DNA from: Methylorubrum extorquens
GTDB taxonomy: Bacteria; Pseudomonadota; Alphaproteobacteria; Rhizobiales; Beijerinckiaceae
DNA: 32,000 nt
NCBI GenBank assembly: GCA_900234795.1
Contig: LT962688.1
Location: 900,001 to 932,000, forward strand
Direction of reading: 5' to 3'
In this document: in pieces, positions 23,701 through 32,000 of the stretch
How positions within the stretch are numbered: position 1 is the stretch's first letter
How the letters are laid out: each line of letters opens with the position of its first letter
The notes under the pieces: generated by a model
The model's database searches: none
Seen by the model: only the letters and a program-made list of their open reading frames with translations
What the model was told of the DNA's origin: nothing
Position numbers and translations under genes: made by a program

Positions 23701-26586
23701 CTACTCCGCTGCAGCAGGTGTTTCGCCCGGTGTGTTCGGGGTCTGTGCGGCCTCGCGCCCGCCGCGCCGACGACGTGCGCGCTTGCCGGTGGGGTTGGCC
23801 TCGCCCTCGGCCGCCTCGGTTTGCGGCTCCAGCACCACCGTCTGCCGAGTGCCGTCCCAACGGGCCAGAACGCGGTCGCCCTCGTGCACGCGGTCGGCCA
23901 GCATCGCGCGGGCTAGCTGCGTTTCCAGTTCCGATCGGATAAGGCGCCGCAGCTCGCGCGCGCCGAATTCCGGGCGGAAGCCCGCCGCTGCGAGGTGATC
24001 GACGAGACTCGGGTCGATCACGAGGTCGACGCCCTGGCCCTGTGCCGTGCGCCGAACCCGCTCCAGCTGCAGTTCGACGATGGAGCGGATCTCACCCTGC
24101 CCGAGCGCGTGGAAGACGATGATCTCGTCGATGCGGTTGATGAACTCGGGCCGGAAGTGGCCGCGCAGCACGTCCATCAGCTCGCGCTTCAGGCGAGCCG
24201 GATCGTCGGCCTCCGTTCCGCGCAGGCGCAGGTTGCGCTGGATGATGTCGGCGCCGAGGTTCGAGGTCGCGATCAGGACCGTGTTCGTGAAGTCCACCAC
24301 CCGGCCCTTGCCGTCGGTCAGCCGGCCGTCGTCGAACACCTGCAGCAGCGTGTTGTAGACGTCCGGGTGCGCCTTCTCGATCTCGTCGAGCAGCACGACT
24401 GCGTAGGGCCGTCGCCGCACGCGCTCGGTGAGCTGTCCGCCCTCCTCGTAGCCGACATAGCCGGGTGGCGCGCCGATCAGGCGCGAGACGGCGTGCCGCT
24501 CCATGTACTCGGACATGTCTAGGCGGATCAGCGCATCCTCATCGCCGAACACCGTCTCGGCCAACGCCTTGGCGAGTTCCGTCTTGCCGACGCCCGTGGG
24601 GCCGAGGAACAGGAAGGTCGCGATTGGACGTCGGCCCTCTCGCAGGCCCGCCCGGGCGAGCCGGACGGCATCGCTCACGGCTCTCACCGCCTCTTCCTGG
24701 CCTATGACCCGCTCGTGCAGTCGCTCTTCCATGGCGACCAGCCGCTGGCGCTCCTCCGTGGTCAGCTCGCTCACAGGCACGCCGGTGAGCTTCGAGACGA
24801 CCTGCGCCACGTGCTCGGTCGTGACCTCGGCCGATCCCGAGCCGCGCTCGCGCCGCCAGCGATCGGTCGCCTCGCCGAGTTCCTTGTCCCTGGCGGCGTG
24901 CTGCGCCTGGATCTCCTGGGCACGGTCGAACTGCCTGCGGGACGCCGCATAGTCCTGCTCGCGCTTGAGTTGGCGCACCTCGGCCTCGAGTTCCTGCACA
25001 TCGACCGGCCTGGCAGTGGCCGAGATCTTCACCCGAGCCGCCGCTTGGTCGATGAGGTCGATGGCCTTGTCGGGCAGGAACCGGCCCGTGATGTAGCGGT
25101 CGGACAATTCCGCCGCGGCGATCACCGCATCGTCGGTGATGGTGACCTTGTGGTGCGCCTCCAGCGTATCGCGCAGGCCGCGCAGGATCATGATGGTCTG
25201 CGCCACCGTGGGCTCCGGCACGAGGACCGGCTGGAAGCGCCGCTCCAGGGCCGCGTCCTTCTCGATGTGCTTCTGATACTCGTTGAGCGTGGTCGCGCCG
25301 ATGAGGTTCAGTTCGCCTCGGGCCAGGGCCGGCTTGAACACGTTGGCGATGTCGAGCCCGCCCTCGCCGCCACCCTGGCCGGCCCCCACGATGGTATGGA
25401 TTTCGTCGATGAACAGGATGAGGTCCTCGGCGGCCTCGACCTCCTTGAGGATCTCTTGCACCCGCTCCTCGAACTCGCCGCGGTACTTGGAACCGGCCAC
25501 CATGGAGTTGATCGAGAGCTCGACCAGGCGCTTGTCCCGCAGGCTTTTGGGCACCTCGCCGTCGACCATGCGTTGGGCCAGTCCCTCCACGATGGCGGTC
25601 TTGCCGACGCCGGGCTCGCCGATCAGCACCGGATTGTTCTTCTTGCGCCGGGCGAGCACCTCGACTGTGGTCTCGATCTCGCGCGCCCGCCCGATCACCG
25701 GGTCGAGCTTGCCGTCACGGGCGAGCTGCGTGAGATCGCGCGCATACTTGTCGAGATTGGGCGTGTTGGTGGGGGTGTCCACGCGGCCTTCCTCGGCACC
25801 GCGCCCGACGACTTTGGTGACTTGCTGGCGGATCGCCTGCGGCGTGAGTCCATATCGGCGCAGCACATCGGCGGCGAGGCCCTCGCCTTCCTCGGTCAAG
25901 CCGATCAGCAGGTGCTCCGGACCGACATAGGAATGACCGAAGTCCCGCGAGGCCTGGAAGGCGCGGGACAGGGCATTCTTGACCCGGGGCGAGACACCGA
26001 CCGCGGCGTCGTCCGTGTCGGACCTGTCCGCGTCCGCCTCGCCGCCCGTGCCTTGTCCGTCCTGGTCGAGCTGCCGGCGCAGGTCTTCGACCGTGACCTT
26101 GAACTGGTCGAAGATGGTGCGCACAACGTCGCTCTCGGTCAACGCGTAGAGCAGGTGCTCGGTATCGACCTCGCGCCGGTTCAGGTCCCGGGCGCGCCGC
26201 GCGGCTCCCTGCAGGATCTCCTCTGCATGGGCGGACAGGCGCTCGGCGATGCCGCCCGCCGGCCGGCCACGCGATGCGCCGCGGCCGGACCCGACTGGGC
26301 CGGGCGTCCTGCCCGGCTCTTCTTCGGCCTCGCCGACGGGGGAGGCGTCCCGTCCGGAGCGGGGCCCGCGGCCGAAGAAGTCGCCGCCGAAAACCTCGTC
26401 GAAGAGGCTGCCGCCCGCGCCGCCGAACAACGATTCCAGCGGGGAGCTGGGGCGGCCCTGCTGGCGCGCAAGGCGACGGTAATCGACGTCGCACAAGTCC
26501 ATCGTCTGGCGCTGGCCGTTGCTGACCACCTGGGCCCGCACCGTGGCCGGCCGCACCCCACAGATATCGCAGATTCCGTTCGCCAT
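23701..26586 (-). CDS. Clp/Hsp100 AAA+ chaperone, ClpG/ClpK-like architecture (ATP-dependent Clp ATP-binding subunit family)
   Basis: Two AAA modules (GEPGVGKT; GPTGVGKT). Clp_N repeats. The middle domain is short, about 60 aa, as in ClpC. No [LIV]GF ClpP-docking tripeptide occurs in the D2 loop ([21 protein letters not shown]). The N-terminal extension contains Cys residues ([17 protein letters not shown]) followed by a Gly-rich linker. The C-terminal tail is basic. Confidence 0.88.
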   Translation of the reverse strand: MANGICDICGVRPATVRAQVVSNGQRQTMDLCDVDYRRLARQQGRPSSPLESLFGGAGGSLFDEVFGGDFFGRGPRSGRDASPVGEAEEEPGRTPGPVGSGRGASRGRPAGGIAERLSAHAEEILQGAARRARDLNRREVDTEHLLYALTESDVVRTIFDQFKVTVEDLRRQLDQDGQGTGGEADADRSDTDDAAVGVSPRVKNALSRAFQASRDFGHSYVGPEHLLIGLTEEGEGLAADVLRRYGLTPQAIRQQVTKVVGRGAEEGRVDTPTNTPNLDKYARDLTQLARDGKLDPVIGRAREIETTVEVLARRKKNNPVLIGEPGVGKTAIVEGLAQRMVDGEVPKSLRDKRLVELSINSMVAGSKYRGEFEERVQEILKEVEAAEDLILFIDEIHTIVGAGQGGGEGGLDIANVFKPALARGELNLIGATTLNEYQKHIEKDAALERRFQPVLVPEPTVAQTIMILRGLRDTLEAHHKVTITDDAVIAAAELSDRYITGRFLPDKAIDLIDQAAARVKISATARPVDVQELEAEVRQLKREQDYAASRRQFDRAQEIQAQHAARDKELGEATDRWRRERGSGSAEVTTEHVAQVVSKLTGVPVSELTTEERQRLVAMEERLHERVIGQEEAVRAVSDAVRLARAGLREGRRPIATFLFLGPTGVGKTELAKALAETVFGDEDALIRLDMSEYMERHAVSRLIGAPPGYVGYEEGGQLTERVRRRPYAVVLLDEIEKAHPDVYNTLLQVFDDGRLTDGKGRVVDFTNTVLIATSNLGADIIQRNLRLRGTEADDPARLKRELMDVLRGHFRPEFINRIDEIIVFHALGQGEIRSIVELQLERVRRTAQGQGVDLVIDPSLVDHLAAAGFRPEFGARELRRLIRSELETQLARAMLADRVHEGDRVLARWDGTRQTVVLEPQTEAAEGEANPTGKRARRRRGGREAAQTPNTPGETPAAAE

Positions 26587-26768
26587 GCCGCGCTCCCTGA
26601 GGACTTGGCTGGAGTGGAGCTTGAATTATTCGGCTGGAGCCCGATCCGCATCGCCGGGCAGCGCTGGCGTGATCCGGCTCAATCTCGACCGTCGAGCCTT
26701 CCCGATCGGCTTGCCGAGCAGGCTTGACGGTGTCGCCCCGCCGCGGATCACGCGACCCGACGACGGCG

Positions 26769-27068
26769 TCAGATCGCGCGCTGGAGATGATGCCGCTTCG
26801 CATAGGGCTCGTGCGCCCACAAGCGCCGTGCCTCGTCGAAGGTCCGGTTCAGTCGGACCCGGTCGTCGACGGCAGCGATCCAATCCGGGGTGACGTATTG
26901 GTGCTGGTTTCGCGGCTCCTGGTCGGCGCGGCAGATCTTGAGGTGACCGCCTTCGACCTTGTCGACCGATCCGATTCGCGTCCCGTCGCGGTCGACGACG
27001 GTCATGCCTGCGATGATCAGATCGAGCAGAGGACGTCCTTCCTCGCCATCAATGACGTTCATCGACAT
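26769..27068 (-). CDS. DUF2171 (PRC-barrel-like) domain protein
   Basis: ..IIAGMTVVDRDGTRIGSVDKVEGGHLKI......HQYVTPDWIAAVDDRVRLNRTFDEARRLW.. matches my recollection of the DUF2171 pattern. The Shine-Dalgarno is GGAGAA. Confidence 0.6.
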   Translation of the reverse strand: MSMNVIDGEEGRPLLDLIIAGMTVVDRDGTRIGSVDKVEGGHLKICRADQEPRNQHQYVTPDWIAAVDDRVRLNRTFDEARRLWAHEPYAKRHHLQRAI

Positions 27069-27111
27069 GTCGGGTTCTCCATCTGAATGAACGATGTCTC
27101 GTGGGCTTGGA

Positions 27112-27339
27112 TCACGGCTCTCCTTGCGCCAGAGCCCCGTATCCCCGGTGCGTCAGCTCGATCGTGCCGGCGTCCGGGGTCGCGACATATCCGGCATGTG
27201 CGAGTTCGGAGACCGCGACCGTGACCGCAGGGTCGGTCCCGAACCGTTCTTCCAGCGTCGTGACGCGCAGGCGTGCTCCGGGCAGCCGGTGCGTGCTGCG
27301 CAAGTACGCCAGGATCTCGCTCGCTATCTCCGACAGCAT
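27112..27339 (-). CDS. small hypothetical protein, possible winged-helix DNA-binding (75 aa)
   Basis: MLSEIASEILAYLRSTHRLPGARLRVTTLEERFGTDPAVTVAVSELAHAGYVATPDAGTIELTHRGY... The start was chosen at the internal ATG 27339, which follows a G-rich Shine-Dalgarno-like run. The longer ORF-track N-terminus looks non-coding. Confidence 0.4.
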   Translation of the reverse strand: MLSEIASEILAYLRSTHRLPGARLRVTTLEERFGTDPAVTVAVSELAHAGYVATPDAGTIELTHRGYGALAQGEP

Positions 27340-27854
27340 CGCCGACACCCCCCGCCGGTTGCCTCGACCGGCCCGCGACCCCGCACCGTCCAAAGCGCGG
27401 CGCCCAACTCGTGAGACGCGGCTTGTCGGTCGGGTCCGATCACCCCGTGCCGCCTGAGGGCGGCCACCTGCACATGAGTCGCGTTCCGTGCCTTGTTGAA
27501 CGCATGCAGGCCATTCGCACACATGCGGCACCTCCGTGGCTCCGTGTCGGAGTCAGATGGCGTCGCCACGCCGCTGCGACACTCGGACAATCCCTAGGGA
27601 AGTGCCGAACAGGCAAGCAGCTCAAATTGTCGGCTCAGGAAGCGCCCAGGTTGAGGAAGGTAGCGCCAAACTCATCTTCTAGAAAAAACCGGAGCGCCCG
27701 CAGGGCACGACATGGCTGCTTCTCAGAATTCATTCACTCCCGACGGCCTTGCCGAAAATGCCACGGAGAACACCCTAGGCATTGACCGAATATCTCAGGG
27801 CCAGCAGCCTGTGCTCCTCTGACTTAGCAACCGATGTCATGTCAGGAGAGCGCG

Positions 27855-28514
27855 ATGCGAGCAGTCGTCTACAATGGCCCGCGTGATCTCCTCGTGCTGG
27901 ACGTGCCCGACGCGCGGATTGAGCGGCCGACCGACGTGCTGGTGCGGATCACGAGCACCAACATCTGCGGCTCCGACTTGCACATGTACGAGGGCCGGAC
28001 CGACTTCCCGCGCGGTGGCGTGTTCGGGCACGAAAACCTTGGCCAGGTGGCCGAAGTGGGCGCGGCCGTCGATCGGGTGAAGGTCGGGGACTGGGTCGCC
28101 ATTCCCTTCAACATCGGCTGCGGCTTCTGCAAGAACTGCGAGCGGGGCCTCAGCGCGTTCTGCCTGACGACGGCGGATCGCAGCGTCATGCCGAACATGG
28201 CCGGCGCCGCCTACGGCTTTGCCGATATGGGCCCGTATCGCGGCGGTCAGGCCGATCTGCTGCGCGTCCCCTACGGTGACTACAACTGCCTCAAGCTGCC
28301 GCCGGACGCCGAGGAGCGGCAGAGCGACTACGTGATGCTCGCCGACATCTTCCCGACCGGCTGGCACGCTACGGAATTGGCGGGCCTGCGTCCGGGCGAG
28401 TCGATCGTCATCTATGGGGCCGGGCCGGTCGGCCTCATGGCGGCCCACGCGGCGATGATCAAGGGCGCCCTCACTGGCCTTACGCGGTTCTTTAGCGGCT
28501 TCCGACGCGGCTAG
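27855..28514 (+). pseudogene. glutathione-independent formaldehyde dehydrogenase-like Zn-ADH, 3'-truncated (third paralog)
   Basis: MRAVVYNGPRDLLVLDVP..ICGSDLHMYEGR..GHENLGQVAEVG..CGFCKNCERG..GGQADLLRVPYGD..IYGAGPVGLMAAHAAMIKGA. Homology is then lost at about 28470 (LTGLTRFFSGFRRG*). About 170 residues of the Rossmann/C-terminal part are missing. Confidence 0.7.
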
Positions 28515-28577
28515 CGGGCGATGCGCCTAGAGGACCGGCGCCCCCCCGCCCGCAACCGCAAAAGGAACGAAGCTGAT

Positions 28578-28781
28578 ATGTCCGCGACCGAGTTGGCCGA
28601 TCTCAATGCCGCACGCCTGGCGCTCGTGCGACAGCGAAATGCAATCGCCAAGCGGTTAGGTGCGATTGAGCTGGCCCCAATCTCCATGGCCGAAGACTTC
28701 ACGCGCATCCTGCTCGCTATCGAAACCGTTGACCGGGCGCTGGCAGATGCAGGGCAGCCCCATATGCCGGCCGATGTCTGA
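28578..28781 (+). CDS. hypothetical small protein (67 aa)
   Basis: AGGAA Shine-Dalgarno. The sequence is predicted to be helical (MSATELADLNAARLALVRQRNAIAKRLGAIE..). No family recognised. Confidence 0.4.
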   Translation: MSATELADLNAARLALVRQRNAIAKRLGAIELAPISMAEDFTRILLAIETVDRALADAGQPHMPADV

Positions 28782-28832
28782 TCGGCTGCGAAGTCGCCCG
28801 CCTCAGCTCGTCCCCGTACAGAGGAATCAGCC

Positions 28833-29093
28833 ATGGCCGTACCAGATCGCGAGCTTGAGTTCTCACCGCTTTCCGGCCGAGTGACGCGAGACGGCGTGAC
28901 AGTGCAAGTCCACATCTATCGGTTCGCCGGCACGGATGAAGGCTGGACGCTGGAGGTCGTCGATCACGAGGATGGATCGACCGTCTGGGAAGGGAACTTC
29001 GACACGGACGTCGAAGCTTATGATTCCTTCGAGCGCTGCATCCGAGAGGATGGCATCAGGACGTTTACGGAGGGTGCGCCGACGCGGCATTGA
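28833..29093 (+). CDS. hypothetical small protein (86 aa)
   Basis: GAGGAA Shine-Dalgarno. Acidic protein (..GWTLEVVDHEDGSTVWEGNFDTDVEAYDSFERCIREDG..). No family recognised. Confidence 0.45.
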   Translation: MAVPDRELEFSPLSGRVTRDGVTVQVHIYRFAGTDEGWTLEVVDHEDGSTVWEGNFDTDVEAYDSFERCIREDGIRTFTEGAPTRH

Positions 29094-29875
29094 TGGGCGT
29101 TTGGGCATGCGCAAGGCCAGAGAACCGCGAGGCGGCCCACCTGAGGAGGATCGCCCGGCCTCACCAGCCGCCTGCCTAAGACCCTGACCGGCAATCAACA
29201 GGACGGCGGGGCCCTCATGACCCATCGCTGTGTGATACTCAAACTGTCGACGACGATCGCCGGCGCGCGCTCGGGTGTGAGCGAAGCGTAGAACAGCGGG
29301 TCGGCACTGAAGAGGGGGGGAGCCGTACCGACCCGCTGGCCGTCTGCAGTGGGTGTCTGATGGGAACCACGGCGCAACGACAGCGAACCGTGGGGCGCCA
29401 TCAGGGCGCACTCAAGCCGCGCGGGCGGTTTACCTCGATCGAGATCCTAGGCTGGCCAGGCGCAAGCGGGCCCCGAAAGTAGCGGGCCGGTGCTGAAGCC
29501 CCCCCCTGCGCACCGACCCGCCGTCCGCGGGCCCGGTGAGTCGATAAGGCCCTGCAGACGCGGTCATTCGTGCGCCTCACACCAAGGGCGCGCAAGTCGC
29601 ACCCTCAAGTTTGACCGGGGCGAAGTCCCGAGCCGGCCGGGTCCGCCGCGCATCTCTACCATCAGGATTACGACCATAACCCGTGTGCTCCTGCTCGCGG
29701 CGCTGACGCTCACCTGTGTCGCGTTTCCGGCTTCGCGCGAGAGACGCCAGAGGAGGTAGTGCGGTCGCCGTGCGCGGAGCGGGGAGTGGGAGCGCCGAAG
29801 CCGCCGGACTAAACGCTCGCCGCCACCCGTTTACCTCATGCCCGCACTCCAGCGGGCGTTCCGCATATCGACTCG

Positions 29876-29908
29876 CCCCGCCCGGCTCAGCCGGCGCGGG
29901 GTTCTTTG
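29876..29908 (+). terminator. GC hairpin plus T-tract, copy 1 of a thrice-repeated terminator-like module
   Basis: CCCCGCCCGGCTCAGCCGGCGCGGGG followed by TTCTTTGTG. Confidence 0.5.
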
Positions 29909-29990
29909 TGCGGTTTCGGACAGAGCCTGAACAACAGTCGCGCAAGCCGGTTGCCTGGTCAGCGAACCTCTGGTTCCTCCCCAAGACTTG

Positions 29991-30020
29991 CCCCGCCCGG
30001 CTCAGCCGTGGCGGGGTTTT
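29991..30020 (+). terminator. GC hairpin plus T-tract, copy 2
   Basis: CCCCGCCCGGCTCAGCCGTGGCGGGG followed by TTTT. Confidence 0.55.
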
Positions 30021-30125
30021 GTGCTTCCAGACGCCACTAATTGCACCCCGAACGTTACTATCGTACGGTTTCGTACGGAGCCGCAGGCCTATGAGACCTC
30101 CTCGGCCGCACGAACTGGAGCACTC

Positions 30126-30317
30126 ATGAAGCCCACCCAACGACGCTATGGGCGTGGCGCGCCTGTACGTCATGAGGCGTGGATTGATCGAAGATCCGCC
30201 CGAACGGCCAAAACGATAAGGTGGGCGAGGCGCAAGGGGGCCTCGGTACGTATCGACAATCAGCACCCCGCGCTTAACGACAACGTCGTGCAGTCCGTGG
30301 CTCTCGATCTCATCTGA
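30126..30317 (+). CDS. hypothetical small basic protein (63 aa)
   Basis: ATG 30126 follows a GGAG Shine-Dalgarno. Sequence: MKPTQRRYGRGAPVRHEAWIDRRSARTAKTIRWARRKGASVRIDN... Hairpin copy 3 lies 9 nt after the stop. Confidence 0.35.
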   Translation: MKPTQRRYGRGAPVRHEAWIDRRSARTAKTIRWARRKGASVRIDNQHPALNDNVVQSVALDLI

Positions 30318-30325
30318 GGCTCTTC

Positions 30326-30359
30326 AAACCCCGCCCGGCTCAGCCGCGGCGGGGTTTTT
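30326..30359. terminator. bidirectional terminator, hairpin copy 3
   Basis: AAA-CCCCGCCCGGCTCAGCCGCGGCGGGG-TTTTT lies between convergent ORFs 30126-30317 (+) and 30364-30581 (-). Confidence 0.65.
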
Positions 30360-30363
30360 CGTT

Positions 30364-30581
30364 TCAGGCACCACGCGCCGCAGCCAGCATGCGCTTCCGC
30401 ACCTGGGCCATGCGGTCGTCATCACCGACGCCGGCCGCCGCAGCCTCCCGCCCGACGGCATCGGCTCGGCGGCCTGCGACGGCTCTCCTTCCCCCGTCGC
30501 CACGTTCACAATGAACTTGGCGAGTTGATTGGGGTCGCGGGGCGCTCGGGTGTGGTCATCGCCGGGCCTCCCATGAGGCAA
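30364..30581 (-). pseudogene. frameshifted small gene; its 3' part is paralogous to 30858-31055
   Basis: The frame ending at TGA 30364-30366 encodes ..EAAAAGVGDDDRMAQVRKRMLAAARGA*, paralogous to ..EASESGASDDDRMTEVRKRMLTAVCGA*, but has no start codon. The only start (30581, MPHGRPGDDHTRAPRDPNQLAKFIVNVATGE..) is in another frame. Confidence 0.3.
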
Positions 30582-30759
30582 TCAGCACATTCAGCGCCGC
30601 CTTCATATCGAGGCGTGCCGCTTCGAAGCTGCTGTAAGGCGCGCTTGAATGGTCCATCACGGCGCCGCGTCGCTTTATAGACCACGTAAAGGCATGGCCC
30701 CCGAAGTGAAGCCGTTTCACGTCAACGACGAACGGGTGTGTGGGTGCAGACATGCTCAA
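30556..30759 (-). CDS. hypothetical small protein (67 aa)
   Basis: ORF MSMSAPTHPFVVDVKRLHFGGHAFTWSIKRRGAVMDHSSAPYSSFEAARLDMKAALNVLIASWEARR. Its 3' end overlaps the next ORF start. Confidence 0.4.
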   Translation of the reverse strand: MSMSAPTHPFVVDVKRLHFGGHAFTWSIKRRGAVMDHSSAPYSSFEAARLDMKAALNVLIASWEARR

Positions 30760-30857
30760 TCATGCCACACCGGGTCGCGCGCTCAAAGGCCGGTTCAACC
30801 TCCATAAATTTCAAACCGGCTCACTACCCGGCACCCGCCGCGCGGGGCTTTCTCGTT

Positions 30858-31055
30858 TCAGGCTCCGCACACCGCTGTAAGCATCCGCTTCCGCACCTCG
30901 GTCATGCGGTCGTCATCGCTGGCGCCGGACTCCGAAGCTTCCCACCAGACGGTCTCGTAGATCAGCCGCACGATCGCCTCGTCCAGGCCGAGACCCTGCG
31001 CGAACCGGAGCAGGCTGCGCATCTCGGCGGCGGATTGTTCGGTGTCTTCGCTCAT
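30858..31055 (-). CDS. hypothetical small acidic protein (65 aa)
   Basis: MSEDTEQSAAEMRSLLRFAQGLGLDEAIVRLIYETVWWEASESGASDDDRMTEVRKRMLTAVCGA. ATG 31055 lies 4 nt after the upstream stop, so it is preferred to 31091. Confidence 0.45.
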   Translation of the reverse strand: MSEDTEQSAAEMRSLLRFAQGLGLDEAIVRLIYETVWWEASESGASDDDRMTEVRKRMLTAVCGA

Positions 31056-31059
31056 CGGC

Positions 31060-31272
31060 CTACCGGACCGCGATCGTGCGTTCTCCGACAACGACCTTCG
31101 CCGGCTCGGTCGGATGCCGCTCCACGATGCGCTTGATCCCGTAGGGCCGCAGCTTGTCCCGAGCCGCGTCGCTGCCTGTCATGAGCGCGCGGGCCAGAAG
31201 GTCGGCCAGATCCTTGCCGCTGCCGCAGATGGCCCCGGCGCTGCCGTTGTCGATCTCGATGATGGTGCGCAT
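31060..31272 (-). CDS. hypothetical small protein (70 aa)
   Basis: MRTIIEIDNGSAGAICGSGKDLADLLARALMTGSDAARDKLRPYGIKRIVERHPTEPAKVVVGERTIAVR. An alternative GTG start at 31278 overlaps the upstream stop (GTGA). Confidence 0.45.
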   Translation of the reverse strand: MRTIIEIDNGSAGAICGSGKDLADLLARALMTGSDAARDKLRPYGIKRIVERHPTEPAKVVVGERTIAVR

Positions 31273-31274
31273 GC

Positions 31275-31670
31275 TCACGCCTTCTGCGCCCGCGCCGCGA
31301 ACTCCCAGATCGGAATGCCCGTTGGCGCGCCGGGCGTGTTCTGGTAGCCGCTTACGTTGCCGAACAAGATCCGGTTGGGCTCGATACCGATCGCCTTATT
31401 CCCTCCGGTGATCATCACCCCGCACCAATCGATACGCAACGTGCCGTGCTGGGGGTGAACGCCGAAGAGCAGTGGCGCGGTCTAGCCTAAGCGCACGGCT
31501 TCGGCGCTGAAGCGCTCGATGAAATCCGTGCATGCCTCGTGGATGTTCGCCCAGGCAGTGGCGCCGAGATAGCGGCACGGTGAGGAGGTGGGGCGTAGGG
31601 CACCGAAGGCTTTCCGCCATTCAGCAGCCTCAGGCGGGAGGTGATCGGGCGCAAGTTCGGGAAGGAGCAT
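31275..31670 (-). pseudogene. hypothetical gene interrupted by one in-frame TAG
   Basis: MLLPELAPDHLPPEAAEWRKAFGALRPTSSPCRYLGATAWANIHEACTDFIERFSAEAVRLG-TAG(31482-31484)-TAPLLFGVHPQHGTLRIDWCGVMITGGNKAIGIEPNRILFGNVSGYQNTPGAPTGIPIWEFAARAQKA*. It is one continuous frame. Confidence 0.35.
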
Positions 31671-31805
31671 TACGGCTGCCGGCTGATGGCGGGGCCGACG
31701 GCATAGGGGTGCCGGGTTGCTTCAGGCTTGCTGGTCGCTAGCGGACGAACTCCGGTGCTTCCTGCCCTCGCCGAGGGCGGTTGATGGTAGGGACTTGGGT
31801 CCTCC

Positions 31806-32000
31806 CTACGCACCCTCCGCAAGCCTCTTGAGGCTCGCTAAATCCCTTCTGACCCAAGCCTCGTCCTCGGCGAGTTTCTCATCGCTCATGTCTGGCTGTC
31901 GGAACAGGGTCAGCATTACCTCGCTGCCTTCTCCGTTCGCGATGACCCGCATGGGCACGTAGACGACGCGCCCGTCTCCAAGATCAACCCAGTGGTCCAT
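31806..32000 (-). CDS. hypothetical protein, C-terminal part (window edge)
   Basis: ORF ..GRVVYVPMRVIANGEGSEVMLTLFRQPDMSDEKLAEDEAWVRRDLASLKRLAEGA*. The ATG at the window edge may be an internal Met. Confidence 0.35.
   Translation of the reverse strand: MDHWVDLGDGRVVYVPMRVIANGEGSEVMLTLFRQPDMSDEKLAEDEAWVRRDLASLKRLAEGA

Noticed and set aside
24715-26727. 670-aa ORF on the plus strand; also the 362-aa ORF 25715-26803 on the minus strand
   Set aside because: The first is antisense to the Clp ATPase gene, whose Walker motifs and Clp_N repeats fix the true frame. The second is an alternative frame of it. Both have low-complexity Arg/Gly/Pro composition.
29577-30266. 229-aa minus-strand ORF spanning the hairpin repeats
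   Set aside because: It is Arg/Pro/Gly-rich, runs straight through two terminator hairpins, and has no Shine-Dalgarno or recognisable motif.
29876-30359. CRISPR array formed by the three repeated hairpins
   Set aside because: There are only three copies at irregular spacing (115 and 338 bp). The repeats are GC-palindromes followed by T-tracts, and there are no cas genes. They behave like terminators.
30324-30581. The 85-aa ORF as annotated in the track, reading to 30324
   Set aside because: Its last ~13 codons (..ETKNPAAAEPGGV) are a translation of the terminator hairpin. The shared paralogous C-terminus lies in a different frame, so the ORF as listed is probably not the real product.

Overview
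High-GC accessory region, alphaproteobacterium-like (possibly Rhizobiales; this is inference from sequence style only). From left to right: (1) The 5' end of an LdhA-type dehydrogenase gene is followed by a 3' fragment of tRNA-Gln(CTG) that keeps its terminator, which looks like an att-type island boundary. (2) Next come a P4-family primase and a DnaQ-like exonuclease. (3) An IS graveyard follows, with an IS256 stub, an IS5-type mini-element, a second MITE-like repeat, a truncated AraC gene, two IS3 remnants and an IS110-family element. (4) A 1435-aa GAF-PAS-GGDEF-PAS-GGDEF-EAL signalling protein. (5) An IS1182-family element whose two terminal inverted repeats each carry the same IS1111-type (IS110 family) insertion, in mirror orientation. 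(6) A six-gene aldehyde/carbonyl stress cluster (two Zn-ADH paralogs, a membrane protein, SRPBCC, DJ-1/PfpI, aldo-keto reductase) behind an AT-rich leader. (7) A low-GC orphan membrane gene, a multiply frameshifted OYE pseudogene, a ClpG-like stand-alone Hsp100, a DUF2171 protein and a truncated third ADH/FdhA paralog. (8) A small-ORF region with a terminator hairpin repeated three times and duplicated gene ends. The main finding concerns the IS110-family copies. All three sit inside the terminal inverted repeats of other insertion sequences. Their non-coding ends contain short segments that match their own junctions in the pattern expected of programmable bridge/seek RNAs. All matches were found by hand and need computational and experimental confirmation. 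No CRISPR array, rRNA gene or complete tRNA gene was found.
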